From contig CAVTRY010000013.1 in the NCBI GenBank assembly GCA_963737265.1, positions 230,933 to 294,932 of the forward strand: 64,000 nucleotides of DNA, read 5' to 3'. This document shows positions 19,864-28,620 of the stretch, one piece after another. The stretch comes from an uncultured delta proteobacterium. GTDB lineage: Bacteria > Myxococcota_A > Polyangia > Fen-1088. Positions within the stretch are counted from its first letter, which is position 1. Every line of letters starts with the position of its first letter. The notes beneath the pieces were generated by a model. That model made no database searches and was not told the DNA's origin. It was given only the letters and a program-made list of their open reading frames with translations. Both the position numbers and the translations under genes were made by a program.

Positions 19864-20130
19864 ATGGCCGACGATGCTCCTCCCGTTGCCTTTGATCGCC
19901 TTATGCCCAACAAGATCAGGACAAAGCCCGATTGGGTTACGTCCCTGAACGCTGGCCGCGCCTACATATGGGCGGCCGTTGCCCTGTCGTGTGACATTCG
20001 TCCAGACGCCATCAAGATGAATGACAAGAGCGACGCGGATGCACCCGACTTGGCCCAGTTCTGGAAGCGCTACACCGTGGCATTAACGAACATACGCGCG
20101 CTCCGGCTGCCGATAGTCTACGAGGAGTAG
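19864..20130 (+). CDS. hypothetical protein (lower-GC islet)
   Basis: 88-aa ORF with an ATG start. Its GC is lower than the surroundings. No family recognised. Confidence 0.35.
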   Translation: MADDAPPVAFDRLMPNKIRTKPDWVTSLNAGRAYIWAAVALSCDIRPDAIKMNDKSDADAPDLAQFWKRYTVALTNIRALRLPIVYEE

Positions 20131-20252
20131 GCCATGAGAGAAATCAGGCAACGGCGGAGCCATGTCACCCCATCCGAGCGCAAGCTGTGGCAATGGAGAA
20201 TTGACGCGCTAGCTAGCAAGTAGATGCGGCTCATCCGGCGAGCACAGGGAGC

Positions 20253-20441
20253 CTACTTCTTGGGCTCGCCCTTTACCTTCTCTCCCGCGCCAGCCTCGCG
20301 GAGTCCCAAGGACCGCAGCCAACTGCTGAGATCCAAGCCCGCGCGATTCGCCGCATCTTGAAGCGTCACCTTCTGTTCATCCGTGACCCTGACCAGGATC
20401 GCGGCTTCCTTTCGCTCGCCTTTGGTTTTGCGTCGAATCAT
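20253..20441 (-). CDS. ribbon-helix-helix (CopG/MobC-like) DNA-binding protein
   Basis: MIRRKTKGERKEAAILVRVTDEQKVTLQDAANRAGLDLSSWLRS shows the typical RHH beta-strand/helix pattern. Start taken at the internal ATG at 20441. Confidence 0.5.
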   Translation of the reverse strand: MIRRKTKGERKEAAILVRVTDEQKVTLQDAANRAGLDLSSWLRSLGLREAGAGEKVKGEPKK

Positions 20442-20447
20442 CCTGGC

Positions 20448-20510
20448 TAATGTATATCTGAAGGAAATACAAATCAAGGGTTGACATCTGTGTCTGATAG
20501 ATATACATTA
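20448..20510. promoter_or_regulatory. 12-bp perfect inverted repeat bracketing a sigma70-like promoter
   Basis: TAATGTATATCT (20448-20459) pairs with AGATATACATTA (20499-20510). TTGACA (20481-20486), a 17-bp spacer and TACATT (20504-20509) point toward the SWIM/transposase gene. The region is AT-rich and divergent. Confidence 0.45.
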
Positions 20511-20534
20511 GTTATACATCATGTGGAGACGAAG

Positions 20535-21374
20535 ATGAACACCACGACGAACGAAACAGACCTTCGGCAAGAGCGCGGACGCATCCTTTCCAACGACCGC
20601 AGGATCAAGCACATCGCTGGCGTGACCTGGCTTGTCCCCTCGCAGACGCAGAACGCTGGCGGCTACGTCGTCAACACCGCCGCGAAGACCTGCACCTGTC
20701 CCGACTTCGAGCTTCGCCGCTGCCGCTGCAAGCATCAGTGGGCAGTTTCCTTCGTCCAGACCGTCGAGACCGACGCCGCTGGCAACACCACCGTGACCGA
20801 GACCTTGAGCTACTCCCGCACCACACACGGGCAGGATTGGGCCGCCTACAACGCCGCCCAGACCGGCGAGAAGGACACGGTTCAGGCGCTTCTGGGGGGG
20901 CTGTGAGAAGGCGTGAAGACGCCAGAGCACGCCGGGCGAGGACCGAAGCCCATTCCGCTGTCTGACGTGGTCTTCGCCATGACGATGAAGACCTACGGGC
21001 TGATGTCTGCCCGCCGTGCAACCTGCGACATCGAGGCATCCGCCGAAGCTGGCAACATGACTCGCGCCCCGCACTACAACAGCACCCTGGCTGCATTCTC
21101 CAAGCCCGAGATGACCGCCATCCTTACCACCCTCATCGAGCGGAGCGCGGCGCCCCTGGCCAGCATCGAGTCGAGCTTCGCGGTCGATTCCACGGGCTTC
21201 GGCACCTGCGTCTATCACCGCTGGTACGACGAGAAGTACGGCAAGCCGATGAAGAAGGCGACCTGGCTCAAGGCTCACGCTATGGTCGGAACTTCGACCG
21301 GCGTCATCACCTCGGTCAAGGTCACGGCCAGCGATGGCGCGGACTGCCCGCAGCTTCCCGAGCTTGGACTATAG
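20535..21374 (+). pseudogene. SWIM-zinc-finger / DDE transposase, stop-interrupted and 3' truncated
   Basis: MNTTTNE...CTCPDFELRRCRCKHQ (SWIM CxC..CxH), then an in-frame TGA (20904-20906), then KTPEHAGRGPKPIPLSDVVFAM...FAVDSTGFGT...WLKAHAMVG. It ends abruptly at the junction with the minus-strand gene at about 21370. Confidence 0.6.
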
Positions 21375-21850
21375 CACCAGGATGATGCACAAAGCCAATG
21401 CGTCCCCCTTTCCCGACCATGCCAACCACGATAAACTCCGCGCCAATGTTGTAATTCTGAATGTTCGCCATGACTTGGCCGAATATCTGGATCGGCATCT
21501 GCTTTTGACCAGTCTGGAAGGTCTGAAATGTGTAGTTTATTGACCGCAGTACGTTCTCCTCGATGGCCTTGTGACGCACAGATGCGTAGCCATCCTTGAG
21601 TATCTCGCCTACTTGCGTCACATCGGCGGTCGGCCTGTTTGTAAGATTGGTTGAAACCGCTCCAAGAATGTCGGTGCTGATCAGAGCGTTGCCGGCTGTC
21701 ATCACGGCAAACTGCCCATTCAGGATCTCGATCTTCTTCCGGTCATGCTCAAATTCCATGTTCATGGGAGGCCCGGCCGTGATCATCCGATCCTGAGGCT
21801 ATGACGATTGCTGAACCATGCTCGCAAAGGGCTCCAACACAAACTGTCAT
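21322..21850 (-). pseudogene. proteasome-beta/Anbu-like Ntn-hydrolase, frameshifted (near 21792) and C-terminally truncated
   Basis: AGGAGG followed by ATG, then MTVCVGALCEHGSAIVIAS. After a frameshift the frame reads DRMITAGPPMNMEFEHDRKKIEILNGQFAVMTAGNA... GC is only about 50%. The C-terminus runs into the transposase remnant. Confidence 0.5.
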
Positions 21851-21930
21851 CGGCATCCTCCTGGATAAGGGCGGCGACGTTATCAGCGATTGCCGTTTGT
21901 GGCAATCGGAGTTTTCAGCGCGCGTCATCG

Positions 21931-21965
21931 CTGCCCAACAATTCCCCACTCTGCCCAATAATTCC
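21931..21965 (+). repeat. two more copies of CTGCCCAA(C/T)AATTC, period 20 bp
   Basis: ctgcccaacaattcc and ctgcccaataattcc, in the same orientation as the 19748-19803 set. Confidence 0.8.
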
Positions 21966-22135
21966 GCCAGTCATCGCGTCATCTCCGAATCATTGGGCAA
22001 AGCCGCCCACGGCCGGTCATCGACTTAGCCGGCCGCACCCAGCGCAGATCGAAAGAAGCTTTGGGCAGTGCCCACACATATTTTCGCAGAATGTTTTCCC
22101 AAGGACCGTCACAAGAAGGAGTCGCGAGGTTAGCA

Positions 22136-23596
22136 ATGAGAGGCTCTCTTTTCACCGTCATGGTTTTCGGCCTCGTGGCAGCGGGCACCTCGTGCTCGAG
22201 CAGTTCCGGCGGGTCCAACGGGCTGGGCGGCGCAGGGGCGGGCGGCGCGCCGAGCAAAGGCGGAGACCCGGGCGCGGGCGGCGCTGGCGCGCAAGCCGGA
22301 GGCGCCACGATAGGGTCCGGTGGCGCGACAGGGGCCGGTGGTGCGACGGGCGCGGGTGGGGCCACAGCGTTGGGCGGCGCCGCTGGCACTGGCGGCGTGG
22401 CGGCGAAGGGTGGCGCTGCCGGTGCTGGCGGCGCGACGGCGACGGGCGGGGCAACGGCGACGGGCGGCGCGACGACGATGGGTGGCACAGCGGCGACGGG
22501 TGGGACAACGGCGACAGGCGGAGCGCTGGCCACGGGCGGGGCGGGGACCGGCGGCACCGCCAATAGCTGCGGAACGACGATGCGAGGCATTTCGGCAATG
22601 GACATGGTCAAGGACATGGGGCTCGGATGGAACCTGGGAAACACCCTTGATGCAACAGGATCGGGCCTCTCGAGCGAGACTGCATGGGGCAACCCGCTGA
22701 CGACCCAGGCTATGATTCAGTCCGTTGCTACGGCAGGGTTCAAGTCGATCCGCATTCCCGTGACCTGGGCGGGCCACTTTGGCGGCGCACCCGGCTATGT
22801 CATCGATTCGGCCTGGATGAACTGCGTCCAGCAGATCGTGGACTGGGCGCAGGCTGCGGGCCTGTACGCGATCGTCAACATGCATCACGACGGGCTAAGT
22901 CCTAACGGGTGGCTCCTTGGCGCCGCCACCAACCCCACGGGTGTCATTGCGGAGTACAAGGCCCTGTGGGCGCAGATCGCCAAGAGGTTCAGCTGCTATT
23001 CCGACAAGTTGATCTTTGAGTCCATGAATGAGGTGGGTTTCGCAAGCATGGAATCTGGCGGCAGCCCATCCCAAACCGCTATCAACCTGCTGAACCAATT
23101 GAACAGCGAATTCGCCACACTGGTACGCGCATCGGGCGGAAACAACTCTCTACGCTACTTACTGGTTGCGGGCTATTGGACGGATATTCCCCGCTCCACA
23201 GGTGTACTCATGCCGGACAGTCGGTGTATCCTATCCGTTCACTACTACACACCCTCTTCTTTCACGTTCGGCTCTTCGAACCCCTGGGGTAGCACCACGG
23301 AGGTCAACTCGTTGCTCGCAGATTGGGCTTTTGTCCAGACCCACTACATCAACAAGAATATACCCGTGATCCTCGGTGAGTACGGCGTTGCTTCGGCCGA
23401 TGATGCCGCAAGCCGCATCTACTGGAACGAGTATGTGACTAAGGCTGCGCATGATTGCGGCGCCGCCCCCTATCTTTGGGATGACGGCGGTGACATGAGC
23501 ATTTTCAACCGCCGAAATCTGACTTGGACGACGAGCGTACTCGACGCCTTGAAGCGCGCAGGGAGCGGGCAGACCTACACCATCACCAAGCAATGA
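22136..23596 (+). CDS. secreted glycoside hydrolase family 5 (cellulase-type) with a Gly/Ala/Thr-rich linker
   Basis: Lipoprotein signal VAAGTSCSS, a roughly 120-aa GGA/GGT low-complexity linker, then GWNLGNTLD...NMHHD...FESMNEV (acid/base Glu)...GEYG (nucleophile Glu). Confidence 0.85.
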   Translation: MRGSLFTVMVFGLVAAGTSCSSSSGGSNGLGGAGAGGAPSKGGDPGAGGAGAQAGGATIGSGGATGAGGATGAGGATALGGAAGTGGVAAKGGAAGAGGATATGGATATGGATTMGGTAATGGTTATGGALATGGAGTGGTANSCGTTMRGISAMDMVKDMGLGWNLGNTLDATGSGLSSETAWGNPLTTQAMIQSVATAGFKSIRIPVTWAGHFGGAPGYVIDSAWMNCVQQIVDWAQAAGLYAIVNMHHDGLSPNGWLLGAATNPTGVIAEYKALWAQIAKRFSCYSDKLIFESMNEVGFASMESGGSPSQTAINLLNQLNSEFATLVRASGGNNSLRYLLVAGYWTDIPRSTGVLMPDSRCILSVHYYTPSSFTFGSSNPWGSTTEVNSLLADWAFVQTHYINKNIPVILGEYGVASADDAASRIYWNEYVTKAAHDCGAAPYLWDDGGDMSIFNRRNLTWTTSVLDALKRAGSGQTYTITKQ

Positions 23597-23934
23597 GACG
23601 CACCCCGCGTGGGATGCGCGCGGTTACGACGAAGTTGTATTGGATGCCGGGAATCAAATCTGGAGTCCGTGGTCGTGAAGGAAATGCCCTGGCAACCCTA
23701 ACCGGTGTCCGCACTCGATTGTCTTTGAAGTTTGGCAGCAGCGGAGCGAGTGCGGTCGGCACGGAAAGCTCTGCCAGCTCCGGTGGCACAAACACGGAAG
23801 CTAGCTAGGGACTCGGATCGGCCCGGTCCCCGCTTGGCCGAGCCGGGGCGAGGATTACCCCACGCGACTGTCGTACCACACCGTTAGCGGTTTCGGGAGT
23901 TGCCGGTCGTGAGGACGATCAGTCCTGGGCGAGG

Positions 23935-25140
23935 TTACGGCTTGAGCGAGATGAGCCGATCTTCGGTGGGATTGACCTCGACCCAGATGTCCTTGTAGTA
24001 GACCTTCGTGTTGGCGGCGTGAGCCTGAAGGCCGATGGGGCCTTCGGGCTTCGGGCGGTTGAGATCCGCAACGGTAATGTCGAGGATGAGCGACCCGTTC
24101 ACGGCCATGCGAATGCGACCCGTGGCGCGGGTGAGGAGTATCTCGGCCTGCGTCCAAGCATCCATGAGCTGCTGGGCGGGCGTGTTGAAGATGCTGCCCG
24201 CCGTGGTCGCGATGCCGGCGTTGGTGAGGTAGTCCCAGGTCCACTCGTTCGGCGGCATGACGTCCAAGCAAGCGACATCACCGTTGCCCCACTTGCCGGG
24301 AGGCGGCTGCGGGCCCCAGAAGCCGATGCCCTGGTGATCGCTGTCCGTCTTCGTCGACACAAAAATGCGCACGGTCGAGAAGCTATCCTTGGTGATGCAG
24401 AATTCCCCTTGTCCCGTGCCTACTATGGCCCCGTCCACGACGTGCCATGTGTTCGGGTTGCAGTTCCATCCGGTCAGGGTCTTGCCATCGAAAAGCGGCA
24501 TGAGGGTGGAGACCGTCGACGGATCGAACGGTGGCGTGTAGAGACTGTCCTTGGGTGGAACCTGAATCCCGGAATCGGGCCGAACGATCACGGTGCCGGT
24601 TTCGTCGAGCCTCACGTCGGGCCCTCCGCTGCCACCGAGACCGCCATCGCTCACGGCTCCGCCCAATCCGGAGGTGCCGGCAGTGCCGGTTGCACCACCG
24701 CTACTCGTTCCGCCGCCTCCGGTTGCCCCGGCGTTGCCGCCCGAGCCGCCACCACTTGAGCCAGCCTTGCCGCCCGAGCCATTTCCCGCCGCTCCGGCAT
24801 TGCCGCCGGTTCCGCCACCACTCGAGCCAGCCTTGCCGCCCGAGCCATTTCCCGCCGCTCCGGCATTGCCGCCCGTTCCGCTGCCACCGGTTGCCCCGGC
24901 ATTGCCGCCCGAGCCGCCACCACTCGAGCCAGCCTTGCCGCCCGAGCCATTTCCCGCCGCTCCGGCGCTACCGCCCGTTCCGCCTTTTACCGTCACGCCG
25001 CCGGATCCTGTGGTGCTGGTCGCCGGTGTGCTGCTACCGCATGCCTGCATGCAGACCCAGGTGAGGGCCGCGGCGATGCCGAGAGCGGATCCATTTGCGA
25101 AGCGTGCGGTCGTTCGAGATACGGGTCCTAACAGTGCCAT
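23935..25140 (-). CDS. secreted DUF1080 (3-keto-disaccharide hydrolase-like) domain protein with a Gly/Ser repeat linker
   Basis: Signal peptide, tandem GNGSGGKAGSSGGG(S/T)GGNAGA repeats, and a C-terminal LFDGKTLTGW...GPIGLQAHAANTKVYYKDIWV. Confidence 0.8.
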   Translation of the reverse strand: MALLGPVSRTTARFANGSALGIAAALTWVCMQACGSSTPATSTTGSGGVTVKGGTGGSAGAAGNGSGGKAGSSGGGSGGNAGATGGSGTGGNAGAAGNGSGGKAGSSGGGTGGNAGAAGNGSGGKAGSSGGGSGGNAGATGGGGTSSGGATGTAGTSGLGGAVSDGGLGGSGGPDVRLDETGTVIVRPDSGIQVPPKDSLYTPPFDPSTVSTLMPLFDGKTLTGWNCNPNTWHVVDGAIVGTGQGEFCITKDSFSTVRIFVSTKTDSDHQGIGFWGPQPPPGKWGNGDVACLDVMPPNEWTWDYLTNAGIATTAGSIFNTPAQQLMDAWTQAEILLTRATGRIRMAVNGSLILDITVADLNRPKPEGPIGLQAHAANTKVYYKDIWVEVNPTEDRLISLKP

Positions 25141-25244
25141 GCGGTTTCTCCTGCGCGATGAGGTGAACCAGAGGATCGACCCTAATCCGGCGCAATAGGA
25201 TTACTGAGCCTGAAGTATCGCCCTTCTTTGGGACGCGTAACTGA

Positions 25245-26690
25245 CTAGAATGGCGCCTTCACAGCGCGATTCGTGTACAGCCAGTCTTTGACGAAGCCAC
25301 CCATGTTGTCCTGCCCGGTCATGAGAACCCAGCTACCGTTGGCGCCGTCCGTGAACATCTTGGGCAACCAACTGTCGCTGGCGCACCAACCGGTCCAACT
25401 GCCACCCATGGCCTCTAGCCATGTCAGCATGGGTTGCCCGTAGGACCCGATGAGGTTGGTGTTTTCTCCCGGCTGGTTTGGATCGTGATCGAAGCCCCAC
25501 TCGGTCATGACGACCGGGTTGACTGCCGCGCATTTCTCCACCTGGGACCGGTTCCCCGCGCTTCCGTAGTGCTGCGCATACATGTGCACGGTATAGACGA
25601 TGTTGCCGCCAGTCAGCGGATTGGTGGCCGCGTCCCCCATGGTCTGGTCCCAGGCCGGGCTACCGGCGAAAATGAGATTCTTGGGTGCGGCAGCGCGAAT
25701 CAGATCGACCCAGGCTTGCATGGTGGGCTTATACGTGCCCCAGCTGTCCATCACCGATGATTCATTGAACACTTCATAGATGACGTTGGGGTAGTCCTTG
25801 AACATCGGGGCAACGATCGTCCAGAAGGACTTCACATTGGCGTCATTCGAGTAGGGGTTGTCCACGTAGTGGAGGTCCACGATGGCGTAGAGGCCCTTGG
25901 TCGTGGCGTAATCCACGGTCGGCTTCAAGAGGGTGTTGATTTGCGGGTTCGGGTTGGGCGTGTCGACTGGAATACGTAGCAACTTCGTGTACCAACCCGG
26001 CGAGGTTCCCTGGGTATCGTTCGTGTTGGTGAGGTAATCGATGGCGCCGTGGAGTCCGAGCTTGTTGCCGTTTTGCGTGCCGAGGCCCGCGAGCGACACG
26101 CCCCGCAAAATCACCTGCTGACCCGTGGCTTCCACTTGGATCTGGTTGCCTACCACCTTCAGCCAGGGCAAAGAACCGGTGGCGGCGCCGCTGCCTGTCG
26201 CTCCACCGGAGCCTGTGTTCCCGCCAGTACCTGTCGCGCCACCGCTGCTCGCCGCTCCACCGCTGCCAACGGCGCCGCCGGCACCCGTCGCTCCACCGGT
26301 GCTCGTCGCGCCACCACTGCCGGTGGCAGCGCCACCGCTGCTCGCCGCTCCACCGCTGCCAACGGCGCCGCCGGAGGTTGTCGCTCCGCCGGTGCTCGTC
26401 GCGCCACCCCTGCCGGTGACAGCGCCACCGCTGTTCGTCGCACCACCGCTGCCGGTGGCGCCGCCGGAGGTTGTCGCTCCGCCGGTGCTCGTCGCGCCAC
26501 CCCTGCCGGCGCCGGCACCTCCGCTGTTCGTCGCGCCGCCGCTGCCTGCGCTAGCTCCGCCGGTGCCCATCGCGCCGCCGCTGCCTACGGTCGAATCTTT
26601 GGACACGCTTTGTGAGGCAGAGCACCCAGCACCAAGGATGGCGAGCAAAGCAGTCAGGAGCGCAGAAGGGAAAAATGAGCGTGGATACAT
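25245..26690 (-). CDS. secreted glycoside hydrolase family 5 with a Gly/Ser/Ala/Thr linker
   Basis: Start at MYPRSFFPSALLTALLAILGAGCS, a GGATSTGGATTSGGA repeat linker, then DLHYV...YEVFNES...MTEWGF (catalytic Glu pair). Confidence 0.85.
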   Translation of the reverse strand: MYPRSFFPSALLTALLAILGAGCSASQSVSKDSTVGSGGAMGTGGASAGSGGATNSGGAGAGRGGATSTGGATTSGGATGSGGATNSGGAVTGRGGATSTGGATTSGGAVGSGGAASSGGAATGSGGATSTGGATGAGGAVGSGGAASSGGATGTGGNTGSGGATGSGAATGSLPWLKVVGNQIQVEATGQQVILRGVSLAGLGTQNGNKLGLHGAIDYLTNTNDTQGTSPGWYTKLLRIPVDTPNPNPQINTLLKPTVDYATTKGLYAIVDLHYVDNPYSNDANVKSFWTIVAPMFKDYPNVIYEVFNESSVMDSWGTYKPTMQAWVDLIRAAAPKNLIFAGSPAWDQTMGDAATNPLTGGNIVYTVHMYAQHYGSAGNRSQVEKCAAVNPVVMTEWGFDHDPNQPGENTNLIGSYGQPMLTWLEAMGGSWTGWCASDSWLPKMFTDGANGSWVLMTGQDNMGGFVKDWLYTNRAVKAPF

Positions 26691-27099
26691 CGTCGGAGCC
26701 TCCAATTTTTCGTATGTGCCAAGCAAACGCCCCGCGATCGAGGCATCACGCACTTGCCCGCGCATCTCAAGGCCTTTGAGACAACGAGGCGTACGATGTA
26801 ATGTCTATCCAGAAGCTAGAGCTTCAATCGTGCTTCGGCAAGAGCAAGATCCATAGGACGCTAGAGAACCACATGAAGTGGGGGTTGGGGAAGTGCAGGA
26901 GATGCAAGGATTTGAGCTGGGTTACGGCCGGGTGGCATCTTCAGGAAACCCCGTCAGGCCCCAGAAACCCGGTCAAGTGCGCTGCGCAGACGTGATCGGG
27001 GCCGACCTGATGCGGTCCGGCAGGGTTCTCCGACGCTCAAAAAAAGGACATCAAAATGACCATCGACAACGACCTGAACACCAGAAAGGGATTTCGCCC

Positions 27100-28422
27100 A
27101 TGAAGACCACTCTTTTGCTGGCCTGCGGTTCGCTCTGGTCCTTCATCCTGGTTCTACCATCCGCGCAAGCCATTGCGGCGGACGGCTGGGGCGCGAGCTG
27201 GAGCTTCGGGCCGGTTCATCCGACCACCACCAACCACATCATCTATACCAAGACGACAATGGTACCGGGTCGCTTGCCGGTCTCGTACTGGTCCTCGTCG
27301 AGCGTAGGCCCGCTATTCCTATGGCCGGGCATGTCCAACCCCACGAGCGACCTCGTCCAGACCACCATGGATGCTTGGTCGGGTTCAACGAACAGCAGCT
27401 ATTGCAGAGGCAATGGCAGCCAGTGGTGTGTGGAAGCGTCGGTCTTCGGCAGCTTCGGACAGCGCAACGGTCCAACCGTTGCCATCGACCCTGATGACCA
27501 CGTCACTATCGAGTACAGGCTGGGGTCGGACAACAACACGTGGACCCAGACAGTGACATCCCAGAAGCTGGGCAAGGTGGTGTCGACGCTAACGAGCACC
27601 AGCGGCCTCATGCTGGGTGGTGGCTTCGGCTTCGCCACGGAGGCCGACGCTGATTCGTTCACCGTCGACACCGCGTACTACCTGTGCACCGAGATACACC
27701 TGGCAGCGGCCGACCCGGCCTTCGGTGCAACTGGCGCGGGTGGCGTCGGCGCAAATCACGGCGCAACTGGCACGGGTTCCGGCATCGGCACCGCCAAGAA
27801 CCTCCGCACTCCAGACAACGGCCTCACGTGGCTGGTGGATCTCATCACGCTGCCCGCGATGAACCCGCAAGGCACGCAGACCCCCTCGCCGACCTATAAC
27901 TGCTCCGGAAGCGGCGGCAGTGGCGGCAGCGGTGGCAGCACTGGCAGCGGCGGCAACATCGGCAGCGGCGGCAGCGGCGGCAGCGCCCGGGTTGACGGTG
28001 GTGCCGGCCCTGGCGGCAGTACGCGCAGCGACGGCAGCGTCAGCTCCGGCGGCAGCATCGGTAGGGGTGGGACGGTGGTGGCGGGAATGACTGGGACCAA
28101 CGGGGGCGTGGTCGGGTCGGGAGGAAGTGTGGCCGCTGGAAGTGGCGGCGTAACGGGCGAGGGGGGCCTCAAGGGGACAGCCGGTGCCAACGAAGGATCT
28201 GGCGGCAGCGTGGTGGCCGTAAGCGGAGGTATCTCCTCGGGGGGCACCGGCACAGGTGGCACAACCGGACCGAGTTCGACCGGCGGATCGGCAGGTACCA
28301 CGGTCGGCTCCTCGGGCTGTGGCTGCGTCGTTGGCTCGCGATCCCCACGCGGCGGGATGTCGACCCTCTTGCTGTTGGGAGCGCTCACTCTGCTTGCAAG
28401 ACGGCGCCGAAACCGCACCTGA
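27100..28422 (+). CDS. secreted protein with a MYXO-CTERM-type sorting tail
   Basis: Signal peptide MKTTLLLACGSLWSFILVLPSAQA, a roughly 200-aa beta-rich domain and a Gly/Ser linker. The C-terminal GCGC..STLLLLGALTLLARRRRNRT matches the MYXO-CTERM pattern. Confidence 0.7.
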   Translation: MKTTLLLACGSLWSFILVLPSAQAIAADGWGASWSFGPVHPTTTNHIIYTKTTMVPGRLPVSYWSSSSVGPLFLWPGMSNPTSDLVQTTMDAWSGSTNSSYCRGNGSQWCVEASVFGSFGQRNGPTVAIDPDDHVTIEYRLGSDNNTWTQTVTSQKLGKVVSTLTSTSGLMLGGGFGFATEADADSFTVDTAYYLCTEIHLAAADPAFGATGAGGVGANHGATGTGSGIGTAKNLRTPDNGLTWLVDLITLPAMNPQGTQTPSPTYNCSGSGGSGGSGGSTGSGGNIGSGGSGGSARVDGGAGPGGSTRSDGSVSSGGSIGRGGTVVAGMTGTNGGVVGSGGSVAAGSGGVTGEGGLKGTAGANEGSGGSVVAVSGGISSGGTGTGGTTGPSSTGGSAGTTVGSSGCGCVVGSRSPRGGMSTLLLLGALTLLARRRRNRT

Positions 28423-28620
28423 GGTCCACCCCAACCCTGAAGAGGTGTCCCAAAATCGTTGGCGACGGGACCGCCAGGTGGTGATGTGGCAGCCGCTTGC
28501 CGTCCGCCCACCAGCCCATTGTCATTCACCAGGCGCGCTCGACGCCGTCGACTTGCAGCTCTCCGGCCCCAGAACCTTGCCTGGGACGAATCCTTTCGGC
28601 CGAGACCGGCTCCCAGCAGT

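Noticed and set aside
20904-20906. The TGA between the SWIM and DDE halves as selenocysteine or programmed read-through
   Set aside because: There is no SECIS-like hairpin immediately downstream that I can see. The gene is also 3' truncated and sits among other decayed genes, so a plain nonsense mutation is more parsimonious.
24593-25198. Pro/Ala-rich 201-aa ORF, and its counterparts at 26125-26856 and 21979-22692
   Set aside because: They are antisense translations of the Gly/Ser/Ala/Thr linker repeats of the DUF1080 and GH5 genes.
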